64,000 nucleotides of DNA from NCBI GenBank assembly GCA_002784465.1, contig PFLE01000013.1:10972-74971 (forward strand), read 5' to 3'. The translations under genes and the position numbers were made by a program. Numbering within the stretch: the first letter of the stretch is position 1; each line of letters starts with the position of its first letter. Shown in pieces: positions 37,446 through 46,316 of the stretch. The stretch is from Candidatus Shapirobacteria bacterium CG_4_10_14_0_8_um_filter_39_15 (GTDB taxonomy: Bacteria > Patescibacteriota > Microgenomatia > UM-FILTER-39-15). Below the pieces are notes generated by a model, which saw only the letters and a list, made by a program, of their open reading frames with translations, was not told the origin of the DNA and ran no database searches.

Positions 37446-40400
37446 TTATGGTTTGCAACAAACATTCACACCTCCGCAACCATCCCCGCCGGGTAGTCCA
37501 GTGCCGAGAGTGTCATTTGCAGCACAACTATCAGTGCAAGTTCCACCCAGTTGAGAACAAGAGAGGACGGGGTTAACGCTCGTTAAGCTGGCTGGAAACA
37601 GACTGTTGGTTACCCATTGTTTTGCCTGTTGGATTCCGCCCAAGTGGGGGAAATAAAACTGGCCTTCGGTCGGAGAAGTTGAACCGTCTTTGTGTCTTTG
37701 AAGGGGACAATCACCTTTGATTGGTAGGTTTCCGGAACACCAACCAACCTGATCGCTGTAAGGTGTATATTTTATTGTTGCCTGGCTTATTGCTGGTGTA
37801 TCCGGAAAACCGGGATGAAAGGAAGGACGAAAAATATTAAGCACCCCCATTGATCCACTGGTCTGATTCCAAATATCATCAAGATAGGGGTGAATTAAGC
37901 TGACCCCTATATTACGGCTAACTTGCTCACTATCATTCCAGATGGTTGGTTGGCTTCCTTCTCGGCCGGTCCATTCGTAACATCGATTATCAGTATTTTG
38001 TATTTGGACACAGACCGGATCAGGCGCAACATTATTGGGATTTGCCCAATCACCGGCTTCACAAGTTACCGTATGTCCGTTTCCTCGTCCACCCAAATCA
38101 AGACAGGGGTCCATATTTATCTGATCATATTTTCCTTCTTCAAGCAGCCAAGCTTGACAAGCCCAACTGGATCCATTGCAGGCAACATATCGATTATTTT
38201 CAAATTTATCCACCGCGGTTAGTTTATATTGAATATTGCTGCAGCAAAGAGTATCGCCGGTTCCGGTAATGGCATCTTTTTTAATACAGGAATCAATTGA
38301 TTTGGCTGGATCCTGGAAACAAGTTGGCGGTGGGGCCGGGGCAACACCGCAAGTCGTATCCCATTTATAAGTCCCATCGGCGTTTTGAGCCAAGGTGATA
38401 CTGCAAGAAACGGATCCTCCATCCACGCAGCAGTTCGCTCGGGAACCGCCGGAAGCTTTTGTCCAATTGGCAGAAACTGTAAAAGCATCGCCAACATTCA
38501 TATTTATGGTGCTGGGATGATAATTAGTTCCCCATTGAGTTTCCCATTTACCCGGACACTGGATTTCTGGACCGCCAGTGTCTGATAAAAATCCGCTGGC
38601 GCCTCCAGAATCATAGATTGATAAATTCTTTAAATGGGAAATACCGTCACAATTTTGTCCGGCCGGACAGGGAACACAAAAATAAGATTTAAAACTATGT
38701 TGTCCTGGGGCTGGAGCATCAATATCATAAAAAGTCATATTACCTGTACAGTATCTTTGGCAGGGTGGAGGAGTCGCCGCCTGAACGGATTTGGGACTAA
38801 ATAAGCCAGTGAGTGGATTGTTGGTAGAGGAATTATCAGCAAGAACATTCTGGTTATTGGAAATTTGGGCCGTTGTGGTAATTGGTTCATTGTAGGGAAT
38901 TAAAATACTGGAAACTATTTTACTTGATTCATATAATCTTGCCAGATGGGGAACTTTTTCAACCTGATTTTTATTGGTGGGATCTAAATTTGTAAAAGTG
39001 TCTTCGTTTTTAGCACCTAAATAAGGTTGAATCAGGCCTTCGGTATCTTCCCGGGAAACCAATGGAACCGCTTCCCAAATACGCCCCCAAGTACTTTTTT
39101 TCCAAGTCGCCCACTTTATTTCATAATCAGAGTCGTTGACCGAAGGAGGAAGATGACTGGCAATTTCCGAAAGTTTTTTATGCCCTTCGAGGTCTGAAAA
39201 CGGCGGAATCGGTATAAAACCCATACTATAATAACGAACGTCTATAGGTAAGAGCTTCCCTAATGGTGATGCGTTATAAGCTCGTAAGATTAAACCAATT
39301 TTATCAATTTCCACAGCTTGATCAGCACTATTATTAAATAAACAATGATGAAACCATTCATCCTTGCTAGGTACAGGTACTCCTAATTTTTTATAAATTA
39401 AACTAATTAAATTAAATTCGTTCCAAATATCATAAGAAATCTCCATAATAAACGGAGCATCCCAACAAAGACGGGTTGGATAGTTAACCATATAATCATG
39501 AATTTTTCCTTCAAAAGGCGCTTGGGTATTAAGCGAGCGCACCGCCCTGGCGACCATTTGTTCTTTAAGGGTGTCTTGGTAGGTCATGGGTGTTAATTTT
39601 CTTAAAACCCCGGCATAATTAACATAATCCAACCAGTATTTTTCATAGTTTTTATAATATTCATTTGTTCCTTCAAAATAATCCGCCAAATATTTACTTT
39701 CACTTTCTTGGTCTTCCTTACCCACAAAAGGAATAGTAATATCTTTTGGATTAATCGTAATTGTTCCGCCCCAAGTGGTAGTGACTAAATGAGGAACAGT
39801 TAACGTTGCATCAGTACAGCTATCTGGACCCATCCATCTTTGCCAGGAAACATGATCAGTGACGGTAAAACTGGTAGCGCAGCTGCCGGAATTATTACCA
39901 ATATTGCAAGCTTGACAGGCGACCGGTCGGGAATTACGGTCACCGTTTTGAGTTAGGTCGCAAACCGTTGATGGATAATTCGGAAGGGGGGGTTTAGTAT
40001 CAATCGTTCCCGGAAGTGTAGTATTTGCTTTTGCGGGTGTATTACAAGGATCCCACCAATCGTTTTTCCAGCGCGGATCCATAAATCCGCCGGTATCTCT
40101 AATTGCCACCTGAATATCTCCGTGAGCCGTTCCTAATATTTCGGAAGCACCTAAAGCGGGTAGTTGAACCCGTCCGGCAGCATTAAGTTGATTATATAAA
40201 GCTAAAAGTTCCGGTCTAACGGTAAAATTTCCCATAATATGGATACCGTATCCGTTTCTAATCCCGCCGCCGGTATTATACATAATAAAAATCTCATTAG
40301 ATGAAGCATAATAAACCATCACCTGTTTGCCGTTGCCGATACTAAACGGAGCAGCGGGCACAAGGATATTTCCGGTTGATGAACCGTTAGTGGAAAAACC

Positions 40401-40742
40401 AACAACTGAAGCATAATCACTTGGGTTTTCTTTTATAGTTTCTAAAGCATCAATCGGTAAATTGGTACCACTATCATATTGATGAATTCGGTATAAAGTG
40501 GTAACCACTGGCCGGGCATCATCCTCAACCAAACCGCACAATCTGGGAGCACTGTTTACGGGATGCGCGAAATAAAAAAGACCATAATTATGACCTTGCT
40601 CACCGATTGGAATTTGAACTAAACCTCTTAAGCTTATTCTTAGATCCAGATCGGTTTCTGCAGTACGGGCATAAATTGGGGAAGATATACCAGCAAACCA
40701 GACAACCAGTAAACTAGAAAACCCGAATAGAAGTTTCTTCAT
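37446..40742 (-). CDS. 1098-aa secreted Cys/Trp-rich surface protein, candidate pilus-associated adhesin; C-terminus carries a defensin-like 6-Cys motif
   Basis: Signal peptide MKKLLFGFSSLLVVWFAGISSPIYA. Last gene of the pilin operon. Terminal CSQLGGTCTDSCAANDTLGTGLPGGDGCGGVNVCCKP has the pattern C-x6-C-x3-C-xn-C-x5-CC. Confidence 0.55.
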   Translation of the reverse strand: MKKLLFGFSSLLVVWFAGISSPIYARTAETDLDLRISLRGLVQIPIGEQGHNYGLFYFAHPVNSAPRLCGLVEDDARPVVTTLYRIHQYDSGTNLPIDALETIKENPSDYASVVGFSTNGSSTGNILVPAAPFSIGNGKQVMVYYASSNEIFIMYNTGGGIRNGYGIHIMGNFTVRPELLALYNQLNAAGRVQLPALGASEILGTAHGDIQVAIRDTGGFMDPRWKNDWWDPCNTPAKANTTLPGTIDTKPPLPNYPSTVCDLTQNGDRNSRPVACQACNIGNNSGSCATSFTVTDHVSWQRWMGPDSCTDATLTVPHLVTTTWGGTITINPKDITIPFVGKEDQESESKYLADYFEGTNEYYKNYEKYWLDYVNYAGVLRKLTPMTYQDTLKEQMVARAVRSLNTQAPFEGKIHDYMVNYPTRLCWDAPFIMEISYDIWNEFNLISLIYKKLGVPVPSKDEWFHHCLFNNSADQAVEIDKIGLILRAYNASPLGKLLPIDVRYYSMGFIPIPPFSDLEGHKKLSEIASHLPPSVNDSDYEIKWATWKKSTWGRIWEAVPLVSREDTEGLIQPYLGAKNEDTFTNLDPTNKNQVEKVPHLARLYESSKIVSSILIPYNEPITTTAQISNNQNVLADNSSTNNPLTGLFSPKSVQAATPPPCQRYCTGNMTFYDIDAPAPGQHSFKSYFCVPCPAGQNCDGISHLKNLSIYDSGGASGFLSDTGGPEIQCPGKWETQWGTNYHPSTINMNVGDAFTVSANWTKASGGSRANCCVDGGSVSCSITLAQNADGTYKWDTTCGVAPAPPPTCFQDPAKSIDSCIKKDAITGTGDTLCCSNIQYKLTAVDKFENNRYVACNGSSWACQAWLLEEGKYDQINMDPCLDLGGRGNGHTVTCEAGDWANPNNVAPDPVCVQIQNTDNRCYEWTGREGSQPTIWNDSEQVSRNIGVSLIHPYLDDIWNQTSGSMGVLNIFRPSFHPGFPDTPAISQATIKYTPYSDQVGWCSGNLPIKGDCPLQRHKDGSTSPTEGQFYFPHLGGIQQAKQWVTNSLFPASLTSVNPVLSCSQLGGTCTDSCAANDTLGTGLPGGDGCGGVNVCCKP

Positions 40743-40747
40743 TGTTG

Positions 40748-41059
40748 TTACGAGCTGGGAATACTAAAGTTGAGAACATCAACACCGGTGAATTGCCAAA
40801 TAAATTTCATAATCAACCAGATAATTACCAGCATCACCAGGCCAAAAATGGCATAGGTTATGGTTTGAGAAGCCGAGGCAGACGCTTTTGGATCTCCTCC
40901 GGAAGTCATATATTTAAAACCACCCATGATCAACAAGATAAATAAAAGCAAAACCCCCAGCTGGGCCGCGATATTCAAAATAATTTTAAATATGCACTCG
41001 AATCCTTGAAGAGTTGCAACGCCGCCGATTGTACATTTAGGATCTTCCCAAATAGCCAT
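40748..41059 (-). CDS. VirB2/TrbC-like small pilin paralog
   Basis: Two hydrophobic helices flanking the loop motif GGFKYMTSGGDPKAS...AIFGLVMLVI. This pattern is shared by all eight paralogs. Confidence 0.55.
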   Translation of the reverse strand: MAIWEDPKCTIGGVATLQGFECIFKIILNIAAQLGVLLLFILLIMGGFKYMTSGGDPKASASASQTITYAIFGLVMLVIIWLIMKFIWQFTGVDVLNFSIPSS

Positions 41060-41142
41060 ATATTTAGTTTATCAGACCATAATAAAAACACAATACCCCG
41101 AGCCAAGCTCCGGGTATTGTAATTCTTGTACAAAAATCCAAC

Positions 41143-41535
41143 CTAAATCGTTGGAATATTTACGTTGAGAATGTGGATGTCAAAGAATTTCTCAATTAAG
41201 CTCGTAATTGCCCAAGCCGAGAAAACAATGACTAGACCGATTAAAGCGGCCGTGATTCGATTCTTCGCGCCCTCGGTTCCAGCCTTATCACCGCCGGAAA
41301 CTAGCCATTGAATACCGCCGATGACCAGCATAAAGAAAAAGGCCAAAGCGGCAACTACCATAATCAATTGAACAATTGCCGAAAGCATTGAACCAATATC
41401 TAAATTAGCCATATTAACCCATTGGCCAGTGGTGGGTTTTAAATTAATTATGTCGTTTGCTTGGGCAAAGGCTGACCCGGCTAGGTTAACCATTAAGCTT
41501 GCAGTTCCTGCTAAAGATAAAATTGTTTTTTTCAT
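41143..41535 (-). CDS. VirB2/TrbC-like small pilin paralog with signal peptide
   Basis: LVIGGIQWLVSGGDKAGTEGAKNRITAALIGLVIVFSAWAI. Confidence 0.55.
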   Translation of the reverse strand: MKKTILSLAGTASLMVNLAGSAFAQANDIINLKPTTGQWVNMANLDIGSMLSAIVQLIMVVAALAFFFMLVIGGIQWLVSGGDKAGTEGAKNRITAALIGLVIVFSAWAITSLIEKFFDIHILNVNIPTI

Positions 41536-41562
41536 TTTCTCACCTCCTTTCGAACTACTTAT

Positions 41563-41889
41563 TTATTTTAACATAATCGCGTCAATATTTATGAGCGTTA
41601 GATCCATATTGAAAAATTTACCCACCAAGCCGATTACGGCATAAGCGCTAAAAACTAAAATTAAACCAATAAGAGCATGGGTCATTTGTTCCTTGGATGC
41701 TTCTGTTCCTGCCTTATCGCCGCCGGAAGTCATATATTGGACGCCGCCGATGACTAAAAGCACAAAACTAACAAGAGAAGCAATCACGAAAAGAAGAGTA
41801 ATCATGGCCGGCAGGAATTTATTTAAGAATTCAACCCCGTTAAGAGCTTGTAAATTAGTTGATAAAGCTGGATTTGTTATTTCTGCCAT
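41563..41889 (-). CDS. VirB2/TrbC-like small pilin paralog
   Basis: LLVIGGVQYMTSGGDKAGTEASKEQMTHALIGLILVFSAYAV. Confidence 0.55.
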   Translation of the reverse strand: MAEITNPALSTNLQALNGVEFLNKFLPAMITLLFVIASLVSFVLLVIGGVQYMTSGGDKAGTEASKEQMTHALIGLILVFSAYAVIGLVGKFFNMDLTLINIDAIMLK

Positions 41890-41893
41890 TTAA

Positions 41894-42325
41894 TTATTGT
41901 AAAGTCACTGAACTAGCACAACTTGGGTCAATAAACTTACCCGGGTTTAGAATATCTAAACCAAGGATTTTGCTTACAAGATCAATAAGAAAAATTCCGG
42001 CAATAATAATTACTAAACCAACCAGCCCGTGAGTAATTCTTTTTTGGGCATTTTCTGTAGCCATTTTGTCCCCGCCGGCGGATAACCAGGCAAGCGCTCC
42101 GCCGAACAATAAAAAGACAAAATATAATCCGGCGATAATCGTTAATAGTCCCACAATCGTTGACATTGCCATGTTCAATTTATCGATTGCTCCACAAGGA
42201 TGCTTACCCCCCAAATTCATTGAAACAATATCACCAAGCTTACCTAATCCTTGTAACCAGCCCACGCTCGGACCCCAGTCGTCTATTGGTGTTTTATTTT
42301 GTGCTAGTAAAGTTAAAATTATCAT
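41894..42325 (-). CDS. VirB2/TrbC-like small pilin paralog
   Basis: LLFGGALAWLSAGGDKMATENAQKRITHGLVGLVIIIAGIFL. Internal start MIILTLLAQNK chosen to avoid overlap with the next gene. Confidence 0.5.
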   Translation of the reverse strand: MIILTLLAQNKTPIDDWGPSVGWLQGLGKLGDIVSMNLGGKHPCGAIDKLNMAMSTIVGLLTIIAGLYFVFLLFGGALAWLSAGGDKMATENAQKRITHGLVGLVIIIAGIFLIDLVSKILGLDILNPGKFIDPSCASSVTLQ

Positions 42326-42693
42326 AAATTTGGGTTTGGTGTATAAATTTGCGGAAAAAGGATTGCCCCGGCATCTTGAAACAAAAGCCAACCGAAAATT
42401 GCTGCCAAAACAAACGATCCGGCTACTAAGAATAACCCAATTAGGGATTGGGTTAATTTTCCAACCGCCTTTTCCACTTGTTTGGAGTCGCCTCCAGCAG
42501 ACATAAATTGGTAACCAGCCATAATGACATTAATAAAAGCATAAAGCCCGGCAATAACAATAACAAGCTTAATGCCGTTGTTTAAAAAAGAAACAAGACC
42601 TGGAGCGATGCCCTTACTTCCGGATAGATTTGAATAAACATCAACTCCTGGTGGAGGGTTAATTTTACCTAACGGACTGGTTGGTATCGCCAT
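42322..42693 (-). CDS. VirB2/TrbC-like small pilin paralog
   Basis: IMAGYQFMSAGGDSKQVEKAVGKLTQSLIGLFLVAGSFVL. Confidence 0.55.
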   Translation of the reverse strand: MAIPTSPLGKINPPPGVDVYSNLSGSKGIAPGLVSFLNNGIKLVIVIAGLYAFINVIMAGYQFMSAGGDSKQVEKAVGKLTQSLIGLFLVAGSFVLAAIFGWLLFQDAGAILFPQIYTPNPNL

Positions 42694-42697
42694 ATTG

Positions 42698-43021
42698 TTA
42701 CAAAATCTTAAAGCCAGTAATTGCTTCTACTATCTGGATTATCCAATAACTGGTAAAAATAATCAAGAACCCGATTAAGGCTGAAGTTACCGCCGAAGCC
42801 CCCTGACCGGTTTTTCTTGGGTCGCTTTCCTGGCCGCCGGCAATCACCGCCAACCCCCCGCCGATTAATAAAAAGAAAAGCAAAATTCCCGCCAAAATAT
42901 AAATGTTGGGTAAAAGAACGGAAACTAGAGAACCCAAACTGTCAAAAAGAGCAGGAGCATAAGTGTTTTTGTCAATGGTAACAGCGGCATAAGCATGATT
43001 CACAAGATAAGAATATAACAA
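42698..43021 (-). CDS. VirB2/TrbC-like small pilin paralog (first gene of the operon)
   Basis: LLIGGGLAVIAGGQESDPRKTGQGASAVTSALIGFLIIFTSYWI. Confidence 0.5.
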   Translation of the reverse strand: MLYSYLVNHAYAAVTIDKNTYAPALFDSLGSLVSVLLPNIYILAGILLFFLLIGGGLAVIAGGQESDPRKTGQGASAVTSALIGFLIIFTSYWIIQIVEAITGFKIL

Positions 43022-43039
43022 TTAGAGAAGGGGTGTCAA

Positions 43040-43163
43040 ATGGGTAAGGGTTAAGGTGAAGCAGTTAGTTAAGGCCATGGTTATGGTTAAGTGGAATACT
43101 CCCCCAGACTTTACCTCCCGACCAAACCAATTGCCTTACCCTTACCTCTACCTCCTAACATTC
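43040..43163. repeat. Long imperfect inverted repeat built from GGTAAGG / CCTTACC words in the divergent promoter region (pilin operon / idsA)
   Basis: Left arm gggtaagggttaaggtgaagcagttagttaaggccatggttatggttaagtgg. Right arm ccttacccttacctctacctcc. Confidence 0.6.
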
Positions 43164-43196
43164 CGGCTTGTCAGATAAAGTATAATCAAGCTAGAC

Positions 43197-44243
43197 ATGG
43201 AAGTTGATTTTAAACAAGTATTATCAGCTAAAAAAGATTTAGTCTGGTCGGAAATTGAAAAATATTTGAAAAGTCTGGGGAAATATCCCGATTACTGTTC
43301 AATCCCTCCAAAATATCAAGACTTGGCGGATTTTAACCAAAAAATCATCAGCGACTATCCCCAAAGAAAAGGTAAATATTTACGGCCAACCTTAGTTTTA
43401 TTAACTGCTTCAGCGATGAGTTTTCCCGAGCAGAAAGCAATTCGAACCGCCGCGGCGATGCAGGTTTCCGAAGACTGGATTTTAAATCATGACGATTTGG
43501 AAGACGATTCTCTGGAAAGACGGGGACAGCCCTGTTTGCACCGGTTATACGGCAAGGAATTGGCCATTAATGCCGGAGACGGTTTGCAAACTTTAATGTG
43601 GAAAATATTAATTGATAACCAATCACCGGAAATTATGGATGAGTTTTACCGGATTTTAAACCGTACAATTTTAGGCCAGACTGCCGAGATTAAATGGCGC
43701 AATGACAACCGGTTTGATTTAACCGAAGAGGATGTTTTATTTATTTTGGAAAGCAAGACGGGCTACTATACCATCGGCGGGCCGATGCGCTTGGGAGCGA
43801 TTCTGGCTGGAGCGAGTAAAAAACAATTGGATTTGCTTTATGAATTTGGAAAATTACTTGGCTATTGTTTTCAGATTAAGGATGATCTTTTGGATTTGAC
43901 TTCTGATTTTGCCGGTTTAAAAAAACAACTGGGAAATGATATTTACGAAGGAAAAAGAACGATCATGCTGGTTGATTTGATGCGGAAGCTGGACGCGGGA
44001 AGCGGGATAAGATTGAAAAATATTTTGCGAAAGACCAGAGACCAAAAGACCAAAGACGAAGTGGCTTGGGTTTTAGAAATGATGAAAATTCACGGGAGTT
44101 TGGTTTATGGGGAAAAATTAATGAATAAATATGCCAAGCAAGCAAAAAGTTTTTTTAATAAAAATCTGGATTTTCTTTCTGAACAACCTGCGCGCGACCA
44201 ACTGAAAACATGTATTGATTTTTTAACCGAAAGAACGCATTAA
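43197..44243 (+). CDS. idsA: Polyprenyl diphosphate synthase (trans-isoprenyl diphosphate synthase family)
   Basis: First DDxxD motif LNHDDLEDDS and second KDDLLD; Gerpp/Fpp synthase-like length. Confidence 0.8.
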   Translation: MEVDFKQVLSAKKDLVWSEIEKYLKSLGKYPDYCSIPPKYQDLADFNQKIISDYPQRKGKYLRPTLVLLTASAMSFPEQKAIRTAAAMQVSEDWILNHDDLEDDSLERRGQPCLHRLYGKELAINAGDGLQTLMWKILIDNQSPEIMDEFYRILNRTILGQTAEIKWRNDNRFDLTEEDVLFILESKTGYYTIGGPMRLGAILAGASKKQLDLLYEFGKLLGYCFQIKDDLLDLTSDFAGLKKQLGNDIYEGKRTIMLVDLMRKLDAGSGIRLKNILRKTRDQKTKDEVAWVLEMMKIHGSLVYGEKLMNKYAKQAKSFFNKNLDFLSEQPARDQLKTCIDFLTERTH

Positions 44244-44834
44244 ATGGAAATTTTACCAACCCCTCTTAGTGAAATTCAAAAATTGTCCCAAACTGTCTAT
44301 ATGCCAGATCAAAAACTTATTTTAGTGGATGAAAACGACCGATTTTTAGATAAATATGCCTCCAGAAAAAAATGCCATCTTGGTTTAGGTTTACACCATC
44401 GGGCTTTTACGGTCATGATTCTCAATAAAAAAGGTGAAGTACTTTTACAACATCGGAAACACCAACTTTGGGATAAGGTTTGGGATCTGACCAATAGTCA
44501 CCCGCAGCGCTTAGCTGACGGTACAGACGAAACCTACGAGGAAGCGATCCAAAAGTGTTTGATTCGAGAGTGGGGAATCAGTATTCCGGTTAAAAAAATC
44601 TTCAGTTTTAATTATTATGCCAAGTTAGATGGTCAATGCGAAAATGAATTTTGTGTTTTTTTTATGGGGAAATATAATGGTCAGATTTTTCCCAATTCTG
44701 AAGTGGCTTATGGAAGCAAATGGATAGCCCTGCCGGAATTATTGGCGGATATTAAAATTAATCCTAACCAATATACTCCATGGGCGATTAAAGCACTAAA
44801 AGAATTCTCATTAGGAAATAACTTGATAATTTAA
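44244..44834 (+). CDS. idi: Isopentenyl-diphosphate delta-isomerase, type 1 (Nudix)
   Basis: HRAFTVMILNKKGEVLLQHRKHQLWDKVWDLTNSHP and the conserved E.EF...W motifs. Start ATG overlaps the idsA stop. Confidence 0.75.
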   Translation: MEILPTPLSEIQKLSQTVYMPDQKLILVDENDRFLDKYASRKKCHLGLGLHHRAFTVMILNKKGEVLLQHRKHQLWDKVWDLTNSHPQRLADGTDETYEEAIQKCLIREWGISIPVKKIFSFNYYAKLDGQCENEFCVFFMGKYNGQIFPNSEVAYGSKWIALPELLADIKINPNQYTPWAIKALKEFSLGNNLII

Positions 44835-45694
44835 TAACCCGATAAAAGATTTAAATCATCTAAAGTAGCAAAATTGCAGCCGGTACAATACCGGTCGGAA
44901 ACATTATCATGCTCAAAATAACCTTTATATTGTCCACCATAGAGTTTCGTGGTAATAAAATTTGCCGTAAACTTGGCTTTATTTAAAAGCCACGAGGCCT
45001 CACGGGGATATGAGGTGCGCATACCATCGTATAAGGAAATAAGCCCACGAAGAATCAGGTGGTTACTCGATAACATTTTTACGCTTCTTGCCGCTCCCAC
45101 GGCCGCTTCCTTGTACCCATAATTTACAGTATCCCACAATATATTATGAGTAGCCACCGCTTTCCTCATTTTATTTAAAATCCACGTTTGTGAGGTAGAA
45201 TCAAGTTTCCAAAGCTTAGCTCCAGCCATTAACGGCATTCCCTGTTCAAAAGCAAGCGGACCTACCAATGGCTGTCCTCCATAGACCGAAATACTTTTAT
45301 AATATCCTCCATAGCTATCAGAAACCCAATAAGGTTCAAGGCTTTGTTTTAGTAAATATCTTCCCAGCATCATAAAAATGTCTTTTTCAGGGTTGGAAGA
45401 GATCTCGGCTAAAGAAAAGTCATAATAGGCAACACCGCCAATGGCAATCACCGGTCCTGCTGCTGACTTTTGAGCAAGACTCGGATTGTATATTAAAGCC
45501 AATGAGGAACCAATGGCCATCGCTCGGGAATAGAGATCAACCTTTGATTTATTATTACCGGAATAATAAGTTCTTGCGGCTACGAGAGAATATTGACCGC
45601 CAACCGTCCTTCCAATTTTGTCATAATCAAATTTATTATTTATAAGATCGGAAATTACCGAATCAATTAGTGATATTTCATAGTCAATCGTCAA
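44831..45694 (-). CDS. Hypothetical protein (287 aa), Y/G-rich
   Basis: ORF only. Possibly continuous with the upstream 189-aa ORF (14-nt gap). Confidence 0.35.
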   Translation of the reverse strand: MTIDYEISLIDSVISDLINNKFDYDKIGRTVGGQYSLVAARTYYSGNNKSKVDLYSRAMAIGSSLALIYNPSLAQKSAAGPVIAIGGVAYYDFSLAEISSNPEKDIFMMLGRYLLKQSLEPYWVSDSYGGYYKSISVYGGQPLVGPLAFEQGMPLMAGAKLWKLDSTSQTWILNKMRKAVATHNILWDTVNYGYKEAAVGAARSVKMLSSNHLILRGLISLYDGMRTSYPREASWLLNKAKFTANFITTKLYGGQYKGYFEHDNVSDRYCTGCNFATLDDLNLLSGY

Positions 45695-45708
45695 ATTCGC
45701 CCTCCTTT

Positions 45709-46278
45709 TTAGTTCATCCGAATTTTTTTGAGTTGTTCCTGCTGCGCATCTATATAAAAGAGATGGGGTAAAAGCGGTTGCGTCATTAATGTTGTCCCAA
45801 TCGCCCGCCCAATTTCCGGTTTCCGACCAATCTTGTTTATTGCGACATATAAAAACATGTTGAAAAATAGAATTATAAGAAGACGAGAGCCCGTAACAGA
45901 ACCGGTGTCAGTTGGTGTACATAGTCTCGATAAAGCAGGAGAAATACACCCTGAACCAATTTCTCCACAATCATAAGCAGCTGGTTTAGTTGCCCCGGTC
46001 AGACCTTTGTAAATCACCAAAGTTTTTTGGGTCGCATCTAAAATGCTGGAATTTTGAGCTTGGCTAAGATAATTCAAAAGGGAAGATTGTAATTGTGCGT
46101 CATTAATCATTTTGATAGCGCTATTTATGTCTGGCGGCATGGCGGAAGCGGCCTTAGGATTTAAAATCATTCTGGATTGAGGGTTAATAAAAATAGCAAT
46201 TAATCCAATAATAAGAACCGACAAAGCAAGAAAAAGAAGAGAGAATAAACTTCCCCGTTTATTAGATTTTTTACTCAC
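45709..46278 (-). CDS. Hypothetical membrane-anchored protein (189 aa)
   Basis: N-terminal TM LFSLLFLALSVLIIGLIAIF. Confidence 0.35.
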   Translation of the reverse strand: MSKKSNKRGSLFSLLFLALSVLIIGLIAIFINPQSRMILNPKAASAMPPDINSAIKMINDAQLQSSLLNYLSQAQNSSILDATQKTLVIYKGLTGATKPAAYDCGEIGSGCISPALSRLCTPTDTGSVTGSRLLIILFFNMFLYVAINKIGRKPEIGRAIGTTLMTQPLLPHLFYIDAQQEQLKKIRMN

Positions 46279-46316
46279 AATTTAATAATAAGAATCGGGG
46301 GGGGATTATCAAGGGG

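Noticed and set aside
28010-43021. Calling the 28-43 kb block an integrative conjugative element
   Set aside because: No integrase, recombinase or relaxase, and no tRNA-adjacent att duplication could be found. Only T4SS-like structural genes and defence modules. Mobility is left as inference.
44831-46278. Single gene split by a frameshift (287-aa plus 189-aa ORFs, 14-nt gap)
   Set aside because: Cannot decide without homologs. Kept as two hypothetical ORFs with low confidence.
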